NCBI RefSeq assembly: GCF_000039765.1
Contig: NC_004460.2
Location: forward strand, 360,001 to 392,000
Origin: Vibrio vulnificus CMCP6
Lineage (GTDB): Bacteria > Pseudomonadota > Gammaproteobacteria > Enterobacterales > Vibrionaceae
Length of the DNA stretch: 32,000 nucleotides
Direction: 5' to 3'
Shown piece after piece: positions 1 through 9,621 of the stretch. The position numbers and the translations under genes were made by a program. Positions within the stretch are counted from its first letter, which is position 1, and each line of letters begins with the position of its first letter. The notes under the pieces were generated by a model. It was given only the letters and a program-made list of their open reading frames with translations, searched no databases and had not been told where the DNA came from.

Positions 1-94
1 ATCGCTCAGGATGCGCGACTATTTTTAACAGCTCAGAAACGCTTTCCGCGCTCTCTCTCATCTGTTCTAAATCAATTATTTTGTCATTGCTCAT
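1..94 (-). CDS. ArsR/SmtB-like transcriptional regulator, N-terminal fragment truncated by window edge
   Basis: Reverse strand reads MSNDKIIDLEQMRESAESVSELLKIVAHPER, typical of the ArsR-family N-terminus (LLK.VAHPER). Strong SD GGGGAGG upstream of ATG at 94. Divergent from the DUF2892 gene. Remainder is outside the window. Confidence 0.75.
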   Translation of the reverse strand, partial: MSNDKIIDLEQMRESAESVSELLKIVAHPER

Positions 95-141
95 CACAAC
101 CACCTCCCCTGCATTGGTTTAAATCTTACGCAAACACGAAC

Positions 142-202
142 ATTAGTCAACTCTAATTTAGTTATTTTACATTTAGGGTTATTTTTATTAGACATTGCTA
201 AT
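142..202. promoter_or_regulatory. Paired inverted-repeat operators ATTAG-N6-CTAAT at 142-157 and 187-202
   Basis: Two perfect 5-bp-arm palindromes with the same 6-nt spacer, starts 45 bp apart, in the divergent intergenic region of an ArsR-like gene. Confidence 0.6.
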
Positions 203-237
203 TTAAGTATGTATGGTATGCCTATCAACAACGAGGA

Positions 238-432
238 GTGCTTGTTATGACAATTGAAAACGGAGTTCGCATTTTGGCAGGTAGCATGGTGTTGCTATCC
301 CTAGTTCTTACCCAATACGTTCACGAAAATTTTGTTTGGTTGACCGTATTTGTAGGCCTGAATTTGATTCAAAGTGCATTTACGGGCTTTTGCCCAGCCG
401 TCTTTTTCCTTAAAAAGCTCGGCCTTAAGTAA
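238..432 (+). CDS. DUF2892 small inner-membrane protein (YgaP transmembrane-domain-like)
   Basis: 64 aa, two hydrophobic segments, motif LVLTQYVHENFVWLTVFVGLNLIQSAFTGFCPA; SD AACGAGGAG upstream. Confidence 0.85.
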   Translation: MLVMTIENGVRILAGSMVLLSLVLTQYVHENFVWLTVFVGLNLIQSAFTGFCPAVFFLKKLGLK

Positions 433-517
433 TTCGTTTTATTTGACCGAGTTGTCAGAGTTGTTTGCCTTTTCACTCTACAATTCGGTCCAATCCTAAA
501 ATCAGAGGTTGAATATT

Positions 518-2221
518 ATGACTAAAATCGTGATCGTTGGTGGCGTCGCAGGTGGTGCTTCAGCAGCAGCTAGAGCACGTCGTTTGAGTGAAGATGCACA
601 AATAATCATGTTTGAACGTGGTCCTTTTGTCTCTTTTGCGAATTGCGGCTTGCCTTACCACATTGGTGGCGATATCAAAGAGCGCAGCAAGCTGCTTCTG
701 CAAACACCAGAGAGCTTTCTAGCACGATTTAATGTTGACGTACGTGTCATGAACGAGATTACTGCGATCAACCGTCACGAAAAAACGGTCACCGTCAAAA
801 ACTTAATCGATGGTAGCGAATACGCTGAAAGTTATGATTTCCTATTATTGAGCCCTGGAGCTGGGCCAGTTGTGCCACCGATTCCTGGTATCGATAACCC
901 TCTTACCCATTCTTTGCGCAACATCCCTGATATGGATCGCATCATTCAAACGATTCAAACCAACAACGTTGAACATGCCACGGTGGTTGGAGGTGGATTT
1001 ATCGGCTTAGAAATGATGGAGGCCTTCCATCAATTAGGCATTAAGACCACGTTACTCGAATTGGCTGATCAAGTGATGACTCCTGTTGATCGCGAGATGG
1101 CCGGATTTGCGCATGCGGAAATTCGCGCCAAAGGCATCGATTTACGTTTAGGTACTGCGTTAACCAGCGTTGAGTATATCGCCAATGATCATGTTGCCAG
1201 CGAAAATGCGGGTGAAGATATCCAACATCAGCATATTTCCGGCCATTTGGCGCTGAGCCTGAGTACAGGGGATACGTTAAACACTGATGTTCTGATTATG
1301 GCAATTGGTGTCCGTCCAGAAACCAAACTGGCTCAGCAAGCAGGCCTGCAAATTGGTGAGCTCGGCGGCATCTACACCAACGACATGATGCAAACCAGCG
1401 ATCCTTCTATCTATGCCGTTGGCGATGCAGTAGAAGAAAAAGATTTTGTGACAGGAAAACAAACACTTGTCCCCCTTGCTGGCCCAGCAAACCGTCAAGG
1501 TCGCATGGCAGCAGACAACATGCTTGGCCGCAGTGAGCGCTACCAAGGCACTCAAGGCACCGCGATTTGTAAGATCTTCGATTTGGCCGTTGCATCAACA
1601 GGTAAAAACGAAAAACAACTCAAACGCGATGGTGTCGAGTACGAAAAAGTCTACGTCCATACCGCGAGCCACGCGAGTTACTATCCAGGCGCTGAAATCG
1701 TGTCATTTAAAATGTTGTTTGATCCGAAAACCGGCAAAATTTTTGGTGCGCAAGCCGTCGGAAAAGACGGTGTAGACAAACGTATCGATGTCATGGCCGT
1801 CGCTCAACGCGCGGGAATGACGGTTGAACAACTTCAGCATCTTGAACTGACCTATGCGCCTCCTTACGGCAGTGCAAAAGATGTCATCAACCAAGCAGCA
1901 TTTGTCGCCAACAACTTAATCAAAGGCGACGCAAAAGCGATTCATTTTGATGAGATTGAACACCTGAACGACGACCAATTACTGCTTGATGTGCGCAACC
2001 CTGGTGAACTGCAAGCAGGCGGTTATTTGCCTGGTGCGATTAATATTCCGGTGGACCAACTTCGCCAACGAATGGATGAACTACCAAAAGACAAAGAGAT
2101 CATCATCTACTGTCAAGTAGGCTTGCGTGGTAACGTCGCCTATCGACAACTGGTGAATAACGGCTATAAAGCCCGTAATTTACTGGGTGGCTACCGAACT
2201 TATATGTTCTCTAAATGTTAA
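518..2221 (+). CDS. FAD-dependent CoA-disulfide/persulfide reductase with C-terminal rhodanese domain
   Basis: N-terminal GGVAGGASAAARARR dinucleotide fold, FANCGLPYHIGG active-site Cys, second nucleotide-binding motif VVGGGFIGLEM, C-terminal rhodanese loop CQVGLR. ORF-track start at 509 is TTG; ATG at 518 preferred. Confidence 0.92.
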   Translation: MTKIVIVGGVAGGASAAARARRLSEDAQIIMFERGPFVSFANCGLPYHIGGDIKERSKLLLQTPESFLARFNVDVRVMNEITAINRHEKTVTVKNLIDGSEYAESYDFLLLSPGAGPVVPPIPGIDNPLTHSLRNIPDMDRIIQTIQTNNVEHATVVGGGFIGLEMMEAFHQLGIKTTLLELADQVMTPVDREMAGFAHAEIRAKGIDLRLGTALTSVEYIANDHVASENAGEDIQHQHISGHLALSLSTGDTLNTDVLIMAIGVRPETKLAQQAGLQIGELGGIYTNDMMQTSDPSIYAVGDAVEEKDFVTGKQTLVPLAGPANRQGRMAADNMLGRSERYQGTQGTAICKIFDLAVASTGKNEKQLKRDGVEYEKVYVHTASHASYYPGAEIVSFKMLFDPKTGKIFGAQAVGKDGVDKRIDVMAVAQRAGMTVEQLQHLELTYAPPYGSAKDVINQAAFVANNLIKGDAKAIHFDEIEHLNDDQLLLDVRNPGELQAGGYLPGAINIPVDQLRQRMDELPKDKEIIIYCQVGLRGNVAYRQLVNNGYKARNLLGGYRTYMFSKC

Positions 2222-2236
2222 TTTCATTAGTACATT

Positions 2237-2265
2237 AAATAAGGGAAGCATCGCTTCCCTTATTT
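2237..2265 (+). terminator. Rho-independent terminator
   Basis: AAATAAGGGAAGC-ATC-GCTTCCCTTATTT perfect 13-bp stem followed by T-rich tract. Confidence 0.9.
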
Positions 2266-2565
2266 TTTATTACATTCTTATTAAGCTCAAATAATATAAC
2301 GAAATTTGGTACTTTCGTACGATTGCTATCACTCCTTAAGTCGACTCTAATACCATCAATAGACACTAGCATTTAGGCAAAGACTACAGACTCTTTAAGA
2401 AACAGCAAGATAGAGCAAATCACTTTATTTTTTACAAAAAATTGCACTGCGTTCTGTTTATCGCTCTATAATTTTGGAGAAGCGCTTCCAATGATTAGTA
2501 GTTTATTTTACAGCTCATAGAGCTAAAAACCACGCTACCATTTTTGGATGGTAAGAGAGTCAATT

Positions 2566-4113
2566 ATGAGACAACGTCAGATCATTAATATTAGAAATGC
2601 TCTGCTGTTAGGTATTTTATTTTTAATTTCTATACCTGTCGTAATAGCCGGTGAGAACAATAATCTTACCAAGCAACAACAATATCAATTTTTATATCAA
2701 ACCACCTTTGGGCCGACACCACAAAATCAACAACAGCTTGATTCTTTGGGCATTACAGCGTGGCTTGAATATCAATTTTCACTGCCATTTACCTCACATC
2801 AAACCCTTTACTTAACGCCATTCCCGAAAGGAGAACAGGCCAATCGTGAAAACGCTTGGTATCAAATTTCGATACAAGCGGAAGATCAATTACGGCAACG
2901 CATGGCTTTTGCTTTAAGCCAAATTGTTGTGGTATCCCGTTATGGCGGACAATTTGGTTCAAGAGCTCAAGCACTTAGCCAATATTATGACCAACTGGGT
3001 GAGCATGCATTTGGTAATTATCGTGAGTTACTAAAAGAGATCGCCATTAGTCCAGTCATGGGGAGCTACCTATCAATGATGGGTAGTAAAAAAGAAAATA
3101 TCTCAACCGGTGCTCTACCCGACGAAAATTTCGCTCGCGAACTCATGCAATTGTTCACTCTTGGCTTGCATCAGATCAATATGGACGGTTCATTCAAAAC
3201 CACCAACGGTAAGCGACTCGCCACCTATCATCAGCACGATATTCAGGAATTGGCGCGCGCGCTGACTGGTTGGTCGAGATCGGACTATAGTTACCTGCTG
3301 CCAATGAAGGCCAATGCACGTACGCACGATAGTGGTGAAAAGTTGTTTTTAGGCCACACCATTCCTGCAGGCATGCAACCAGAAGCCGAACTTGATTTGG
3401 TACTGGATATTATCTTTCAGCACCCTAACGTCGCTCCCTTTATATCGAGACTTTTGATTCAGCGGTTTACCACATCAAACCCGAGTCCCGAGTACATCGA
3501 GCGCGTTGCCAATGTGTTTGCCAATAATGGCGCTGGGGTTCGTGGGGATCTCAAAGCGGTGCTTTCCGCCATCCTGACCGATCCGCAAGCCCAAGCCGGC
3601 GCGAGCAAAATCAAAGAGCCGATTTTAGTGTTAACCCAATTTCATCGAGCCTTTGAGCTCACCCCCACCAGCGACAGGCTTATTAATGCAGTAACCTTTT
3701 TGAATGTGGCCAATCAAGGTGGCTTACGTGCGCCTTCCGTATTTAACTTTTATTCGCCAGACTTCGCACCTCAAGGGGAGTTTGAGCAAAATGGCTTAGT
3801 CGCGCCAGAGTTTGAGCTTCTAGATTGGAACGTCTACACCCAAGTCGTGAACTACATGTACTACGCCATCAAGAGTAATAACGATCCGACCATGAGCATG
3901 AACCTAGCTCCTTATTACGAGCGTTTAGATCAGCATCAGGCTTTGGTCGATCTTATCAATGAGCGTTTATTTGGTGATGCAATGTCAGATGCCCTAAAAA
4001 GCTTATTGCTGAACACGCTAAATGACTATCCAGAAAGCTATGTCGCCAAAACCAAGCTTTCACAGATTCTATTCCTCGCCCTATCGAGCGAAGAATTCTT
4101 TATCCAAAAGTGA
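2566..4113 (+). CDS. DUF1800 family exported protein
   Basis: Signal peptide (NIRNALLLGILFLISIPVVIAG); conserved DENFARELMQLFTLGLHQIN and QELARALTGWSR motifs typical of DUF1800. ATG at 2566 preferred over 2548. Confidence 0.88.
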   Translation: MRQRQIINIRNALLLGILFLISIPVVIAGENNNLTKQQQYQFLYQTTFGPTPQNQQQLDSLGITAWLEYQFSLPFTSHQTLYLTPFPKGEQANRENAWYQISIQAEDQLRQRMAFALSQIVVVSRYGGQFGSRAQALSQYYDQLGEHAFGNYRELLKEIAISPVMGSYLSMMGSKKENISTGALPDENFARELMQLFTLGLHQINMDGSFKTTNGKRLATYHQHDIQELARALTGWSRSDYSYLLPMKANARTHDSGEKLFLGHTIPAGMQPEAELDLVLDIIFQHPNVAPFISRLLIQRFTTSNPSPEYIERVANVFANNGAGVRGDLKAVLSAILTDPQAQAGASKIKEPILVLTQFHRAFELTPTSDRLINAVTFLNVANQGGLRAPSVFNFYSPDFAPQGEFEQNGLVAPEFELLDWNVYTQVVNYMYYAIKSNNDPTMSMNLAPYYERLDQHQALVDLINERLFGDAMSDALKSLLLNTLNDYPESYVAKTKLSQILFLALSSEEFFIQK

Positions 4114-4123
4114 GGATAAGAAA

Positions 4124-5440
4124 ATGAAACTTTCACGCAGACATTTTTTACACGCTTCAGCAACGCTTAGTTTTGCTGGCACTTTTGGCTTTTCACTCCC
4201 GGCTCATGCTGGGTCGGATTTCAAAGCATTGGTTTGTATCTACCTTGCTGGTGGCAATGATGCGATCAATACCGTATTAGCGAAAGACAACGAACACTAC
4301 CTGCAATACAAAAATGTTCGTGGCAACCTTGCATTAAGCCAATCACAGATCATTCCTCTGTCACTCAAAGCGCAAGACAACCAAGGCAAACCCGTCACAT
4401 TGGGACTGCATCCTGCGATGAGTAAGCTTGCTAACGTGTTTAACCAAGGTGACGCCAATGTGGTGCTTAATTCCGGGATCTTGTGTCAACCCACAACAAA
4501 ACAGCAAATTCTCGATGGCACCGCCATGCTGCCAGAGCAACTGTTTTCCCACAATTCGCAATCCGATGAGTGGATGCGAGGTGCCGCCAACTCTGGCATA
4601 AACTTGGGTTGGGCAGGCCGGTTATTGGACGCGCTGTCTTGCCAAAGCAGTGTGACACCGCTATACAGCGTACACGGAGATTCGTTGTGGCTACGTGCCT
4701 CTGAATATCAGCAAGTGGTGCTTCGTAAAGATCGTGCTGTAGAGTTAAATGGCCTTGTCGATTCTGGGCTTAGCGATCTTTATGACGAGATGCTGGCCTT
4801 TGAGAGTGAGTCACCTTTCCAACGTCAGTTCCGCCGCATGGTCAATCACTCACGAGCGGTGAGCCATACTTTAAGCCAAACACTCGACTCAGTGCCCGAT
4901 AACCCGATGTTTACTTCGTCTGATCTCGGTAAGCAGCTCAATACTGTGTTTAAGCTTATCAGCCAACATCAAGCATTGGGACAAAGTCGCCAAATCTACT
5001 TTGTAAAACAAACTGGCTACGATGTGCACGACACTCAATTGACTCAACACCCAGCTCTACTGGAAGACCTCAGCGACAACATGTACGCTCTGCACCAGGC
5101 ATTGGGTGAATATCAACTTGGTGACAGCGTCACCACGTTTACCATGTCCGATTTTGGGCGTCGCATGGCGAGCAATGGTAACGGTACCGATCATGGTTGG
5201 GGAGGACACCAAATTATTATGGGGAAAGGTGTACTCAGTGAAAATGCCATTGGACACTGGCCAACGTTGAAAATTGATGGCGAGGATGACTATTCTAAAG
5301 GTCGCTTAATACCGCGCATCGCTGCCGATCAGGTACATGGGACATTGGCAAAATGGATGGGAGTTCACGATGATCAATTGATGCGTTATGTACTTCCTAA
5401 TCTCACTAACTTTCCCGACGGTGATCTCGGTTTTTTATAA
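4124..5440 (+). CDS. DUF1501 family protein with Tat-type signal
   Basis: MKLSRRHFLHASATLSFAGTFGF twin-arginine leader; LAGGNDAINT, DFGRRMASNGNGTDHGWGGHQIIMG motifs typical of DUF1501. Starts 10 nt after the DUF1800 stop. Confidence 0.9.
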   Translation: MKLSRRHFLHASATLSFAGTFGFSLPAHAGSDFKALVCIYLAGGNDAINTVLAKDNEHYLQYKNVRGNLALSQSQIIPLSLKAQDNQGKPVTLGLHPAMSKLANVFNQGDANVVLNSGILCQPTTKQQILDGTAMLPEQLFSHNSQSDEWMRGAANSGINLGWAGRLLDALSCQSSVTPLYSVHGDSLWLRASEYQQVVLRKDRAVELNGLVDSGLSDLYDEMLAFESESPFQRQFRRMVNHSRAVSHTLSQTLDSVPDNPMFTSSDLGKQLNTVFKLISQHQALGQSRQIYFVKQTGYDVHDTQLTQHPALLEDLSDNMYALHQALGEYQLGDSVTTFTMSDFGRRMASNGNGTDHGWGGHQIIMGKGVLSENAIGHWPTLKIDGEDDYSKGRLIPRIAADQVHGTLAKWMGVHDDQLMRYVLPNLTNFPDGDLGFL

Positions 5441-5464
5441 AGCGTGACTATTTATAGAGAATAA

Positions 5465-5493
5465 AAATAGGGAACCAAAATGGTTCCCTATTT
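5465..5493. terminator. Bidirectional rho-independent terminator
   Basis: AAATAGGGAACCA-AAA-TGGTTCCCTATTT perfect 13-bp stem flanked by A/T tracts between convergent genes. Confidence 0.9.
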
Positions 5494-5509
5494 GTTTTTA
5501 ATCAGAGAG

Positions 5510-6598
5510 TTACTTATCTCTGCGAGCGTTACATAGCTCTATCGCGTTTTTCAATAGCTCTAGTGCGCTCTTGTCGCACTCAGGTAAGGCGGCATCACTT
5601 TCACTGATTGCCTCGACGCGTTGGCCCCATTTCACTAAGCCTGCACCCCACGTCAAACCCGCACCAAATGCCGCTAACAAAATGTTGTCACCCGCTTTGA
5701 TGTGACCTTGTTCTACCGCTTCACACAATGCGATAGGCACAGTGGCCGCAGAGGTGTTGCCATATTTCTGAATGTTCACAAACGCTTTGCTTTGATCAAT
5801 ACCAGAGAGGTCACACAAGGTTTGAATAATACGAATGTTTGCTTGGTGTGGGATCACCACATTAATGTCATCTTTGCTCATCCCTGCATGTGCAAGAACA
5901 TGAGCCGCAGCGCTTCCCATACCTTTTACCGCTCGCTTAAAGATTTCCTTACCGACAAAGTTGAAATCCCAGTAACCGTTGTCTGCAGCAAAGCGATCCA
6001 TAGAAGTACCAAACTTAGGCACAGAAAGAATGTCACGACCTTGTGCGTCACAACCGCTCTTGGCGTTTTGCAAACCAACCGCTTCTTCAGTGCGAGACAG
6101 CACCACCGCACCAGCACCATCGCCAAACAATACCGCGGTATCACGCATTGCCCAGTCAATGTAAAACGACAGTCTTTCTGCACCAATAATCAATGCATGA
6201 CGGTATGCGCCAGATTGGATTAAACGCGTGCCTGTTTCCAAACCGTACACGAAGCCTGTACATGCCGCGTTAAGATCAAACGCCGCGGCCGCTTCAATTT
6301 CAAGGTTCTTTTGCACCATTGATGCAATGTTAGGGATCAGAGAATCTGGCGAGCAAGTCGCAACAATAATTAAATCGATATCTTGAGCCGTAATGCCTGC
6401 ACGCGCTAACGCCTGTTTTGCTGCTACGGTGGCTAAGTCAGAAGTATTTACATGGCTGATACGGCGATTTTCAATACCAGTACGAGTCCGGATCCACTCG
6501 TCCGACGTATCAAGAAAGGTACTCAGATCGTCATTTGACAAGACAGCTGGTGGCAAACATTTCCCCCAACCGGTAATTTCCGCGTAATAATTTGTCAT
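5510..6598 (-). CDS. fabH: Beta-ketoacyl-ACP synthase III (FabH-type paralog)
   Basis: KAS III catalytic triad contexts: [13 protein letters not shown] (Cys), [11 protein letters not shown] (His), [17 protein letters not shown] (Asn). Confidence 0.93.
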   Translation of the reverse strand: MTNYYAEITGWGKCLPPAVLSNDDLSTFLDTSDEWIRTRTGIENRRISHVNTSDLATVAAKQALARAGITAQDIDLIIVATCSPDSLIPNIASMVQKNLEIEAAAAFDLNAACTGFVYGLETGTRLIQSGAYRHALIIGAERLSFYIDWAMRDTAVLFGDGAGAVVLSRTEEAVGLQNAKSGCDAQGRDILSVPKFGTSMDRFAADNGYWDFNFVGKEIFKRAVKGMGSAAAHVLAHAGMSKDDINVVIPHQANIRIIQTLCDLSGIDQSKAFVNIQKYGNTSAATVPIALCEAVEQGHIKAGDNILLAAFGAGLTWGAGLVKWGQRVEAISESDAALPECDKSALELLKNAIELCNARRDK

Positions 6599-6892
6599 CT
6601 TAGACCTATTTATTGTTGTTTTGGAATTTAATAACCTGACATCAGGTCATGTGGTATCGGCAAGTATACGCTTTATCGAAGGAGCTGGTAAGTCCAGTTT
6701 TGATTCCCTCATTGAACTTGGCACTTGTCACCCATATATATACCTAAATAACTTGCTGTGGCCAGTCGGTGGCAAAAATGGCTCTATGTGCATGGTGAAA
6801 CGCCTTGCTCTGAAACGAGCCATAGCAGCCAATAATGCCTTCACTTCAAGTCAGCAGGATATAAAAAGTTAAATCAGTAAAGGAAGTAAAGT

Positions 6893-7327
6893 ATGTCCAC
6901 CTTTCATTCACGTTGCCCTTCATGTGGTGGTATGAACCGTTTACCCGTCGAGCGTGTATCAGATAGCCCGAACTGTGGTAAATGCAAATCTGATCTGTTC
7001 GACGGCGCACCTATCGAAGGGACCAACGACAATTTCACCCATTTGCTTCAAAGCGATCAACCTGTCGTGGTCGATTTTTGGGCACCATGGTGCAATCCTT
7101 GTGTCGGTTTTGCTCCTGTTTTCCAAGATGTCGCAGCAGAGCGCAAAGGCAAAGTCCGTTTCATTAAGATCAACACCGAAATCGAACAGCAACTCGCAGC
7201 ACAATTTCAAATTCGCAGCATTCCAACCGTGATGGTATTTAAAAACGGTCAACGTGTGGATGTGATTAACGGTGCCCTGCCTAAAAGCCAGTTCGATCAA
7301 TGGCTAAATCAAGCGTTAACTAAGTAA
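6893..7327 (+). CDS. trxC: Thioredoxin 2 (TrxC-type) with N-terminal zinc-binding CxxC pairs
   Basis: CPSCGG...CGKC zinc module followed by thioredoxin fold VVVDFWAPWCNPCVGFAPVF. Confidence 0.93.
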   Translation: MSTFHSRCPSCGGMNRLPVERVSDSPNCGKCKSDLFDGAPIEGTNDNFTHLLQSDQPVVVDFWAPWCNPCVGFAPVFQDVAAERKGKVRFIKINTEIEQQLAAQFQIRSIPTVMVFKNGQRVDVINGALPKSQFDQWLNQALTK

Positions 7328-7525
7328 TCGTAATGCCAGGCAAGCGCTGTTTTCGCCTGGCATGCATTCAAGTTATCGATATTTTTCCCTTAAACATCCA
7401 GTCAGCACATCAATAAAATTTTGCATCCCTGACGACAAATATCTCTGATTTTACATGTCTGTTTTTTAGTCGCATAGTCGCGCCACTTTCATCAACAACC
7501 ATGTGAAATTTGGAGATTACAACGC

Positions 7526-8680
7526 GTGAACCAACACAGTGACAAATCATTCGGTATTGCTATACCAATCATTGCTTTAACGCTCTACTCTATTGCGTCT
7601 GGGTATTTGATGAGTTTGATCCCACTGGTCACGAGTGAATATCAGCTTCCTGTTTCATTAGCCAGTTGGCTCGCTAGTGCATTTTACGCTGGCCTATTAT
7701 TAGGCTCTGTGTTTTTTGAGCCTTTGGTTCAACGCATCGGCCACAAGTTTGCCTTTGTTAGCTGCTTGGTTATTTTTATTGCCACGATCGTTGTTTTGCC
7801 TTTTTTCGCTTCTAGCCCGGTTTGGCTGGCGGCTCGCTTTATAGCGGGCATTACCGTAGCGGGTATCTTCGTTGTCGTGGAATCATGGCTGCTTGATGGT
7901 GACGAGCGCTCGCGTGCGAAACGCTTGAGCTTTTATATGATCTCTCTTTACGGTGGTACGGCGTTTGGGCAAATCGGTATTACCTTCCTTGGTACCCAAG
8001 GCTTACTGCCGTTTGCTACTATTTGCGTGACATTGTCACTGGCAGTCATCACGTTGCTCTGCTTCAGAACCACTCAACCAAATAGCGCCGAGTCGGAAAG
8101 CCTGTCGTTTAAACAGATCATCAACCTTAACCATGCTGCGGTGATTGGTTGTATTGTTTCCGGCCTCACTTTGGGCGCCATTTACGGTTTGATGCCGCTA
8201 GAGCTGGCAAATCGTCATATCTCTCATAGCGAGATCGGCAGTCTAATGGCGCTGGTTATCCTCGGCGGAATGGTGGTTCAACCCACAGTGACATTACTAA
8301 GCAAGTGGACAGGCAAAACGCTATTGATGGCGTTTTACTGCTTAGTAGGTGTCTTTGCCATCGGTATGACTTTGCTTACCAGCTCGACGATTGTCCTCGC
8401 GGTGGCGCTGTTTATTTTAGGCATGGCGGTGTTTGCTTTGTATCCCGTTGCGATTACGCTTGGCTGCCAACAGTTGGACAACAAGTTCATTGTTTCCGCC
8501 ACTCAAGTGATGCTGTTCAGTTACAGCGTTGGCTCAGTGGTTGGCCCTGCTCTGGCGGGTAGATTCATGACTCAGCCTCATGGCTTGCTTGGCTACCTTT
8601 TTGCCATTCTAGTACCCACAACGATCTACATGTTGTTTGCCGCCCTGAAAACACGCAAAGTGGTGTCTCTCGGCGAATAA
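7526..8680 (+). CDS. MFS transporter (YcaD-like)
   Basis: 384 aa, about 12 hydrophobic segments, VVESWLLD...R..R, motifs of YcaD-like MFS proteins; GTG start with SD TGGAG. Confidence 0.87.
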   Translation: MNQHSDKSFGIAIPIIALTLYSIASGYLMSLIPLVTSEYQLPVSLASWLASAFYAGLLLGSVFFEPLVQRIGHKFAFVSCLVIFIATIVVLPFFASSPVWLAARFIAGITVAGIFVVVESWLLDGDERSRAKRLSFYMISLYGGTAFGQIGITFLGTQGLLPFATICVTLSLAVITLLCFRTTQPNSAESESLSFKQIINLNHAAVIGCIVSGLTLGAIYGLMPLELANRHISHSEIGSLMALVILGGMVVQPTVTLLSKWTGKTLLMAFYCLVGVFAIGMTLLTSSTIVLAVALFILGMAVFALYPVAITLGCQQLDNKFIVSATQVMLFSYSVGSVVGPALAGRFMTQPHGLLGYLFAILVPTTIYMLFAALKTRKVVSLGE

Positions 8681-8685
8681 CGCGT

Positions 8686-9570
8686 TTACTGCTGATTTTT
8701 ACGAAAGTGAGTTGGCGATATGCCAAAGTATTTCTTAAACCTATGGGTGAAGTTGTAAGGGTCTTTATATCCCAAACGATGAGAAATCATGGTTATCGTC
8801 CACTCTTTGTAACGCAAGAGATCGGCAGCCTTTTCCATTCTAAGTTGTATAAGCCGCGTACGCGGGGAGACACCAAATAACTGCTTAGTCAGGCGATTAA
8901 ACTGCTCCTCGCTGATAAAACAGCGTGACGCCATATCCGCAACGCTCCATGGTAAATGCAGCTGACTCTCCACCTCATTAAACAATGTTTGCACTCGTGA
9001 GAGAGAGGTTGAAATCGTAGGTTCAATAACCAGCAACATACGTGCAGCCTCGCTAACCAACATTCTGCGATAACTGGGCCTTCCACCTATCTCGCCGTAC
9101 AACAAACACATTAACGACCAGATTAACTCCGTTTCATGAAAACTGACCACCGTTTGTCCCATACGCTCAATGTGTTGCCACTTTTCCGTTGGTTTAGGTA
9201 GCAGCCAAATCATATCCCAATGGCCTAATTGTGGGTTCATTTCAAAACGAAACGGTGTATGGGCAGGCAGAATCGTGAGGCTGTAAGGGGCGATTTCCCA
9301 CACTCGATCTTTGGTGATCAGCACGCCGCCCCCTTTCAAGGTAAAAAGCAAGGTATGCACGCCAACGCCATAACGCTCAACGTAGTAGCCATCTCTTAGC
9401 TCTGCGATACCCGCCATAAAAATCTCGGCGCTTTGCCATTCAGGAATTTCGGTCTGTGTCAGAAAGCGCTCTTTACATCGGTCGGCCAGATAGACCTCAT
9501 CAATCCATTCTTGCTTGGGCAAATAGCCATCAATGACGGATTCGCACAGGTTTTGTGATTTTTCAAACAT
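8686..9570 (-). CDS. AraC family transcriptional regulator
   Basis: C-terminal double HTH: WSVADMASRCFISEEQFNRLTKQLFGVSP...ITMISHRLGYKDPYNFTHRFKKYFGISPTHFRK; cupin-like N-terminus. Confidence 0.93.
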   Translation of the reverse strand: MFEKSQNLCESVIDGYLPKQEWIDEVYLADRCKERFLTQTEIPEWQSAEIFMAGIAELRDGYYVERYGVGVHTLLFTLKGGGVLITKDRVWEIAPYSLTILPAHTPFRFEMNPQLGHWDMIWLLPKPTEKWQHIERMGQTVVSFHETELIWSLMCLLYGEIGGRPSYRRMLVSEAARMLLVIEPTISTSLSRVQTLFNEVESQLHLPWSVADMASRCFISEEQFNRLTKQLFGVSPRTRLIQLRMEKAADLLRYKEWTITMISHRLGYKDPYNFTHRFKKYFGISPTHFRKNQQ

Positions 9571-9621
9571 GTTAACTCCTCAGCAATCCCGATATATTCC
9601 CACCGCAACAGAGGAGAGAAA

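Noticed and set aside
5702-6223. 173-aa plus-strand ORF opposite the KAS III gene
   Set aside because: Antisense shadow of a confidently assigned KAS III CDS; no recognisable domain and no plausible independent context.
6621-6872. 83-aa ORF between fabH and trxC
   Set aside because: Composition not convincing and no recognised motif; the region more likely holds divergent promoters.
7333-7363. ATGCCAGGC...GCCTGGCAT hairpin after trxC
   Set aside because: Good 9-bp stem, but the 13-nt loop and missing downstream T-run make a terminator call uncertain.
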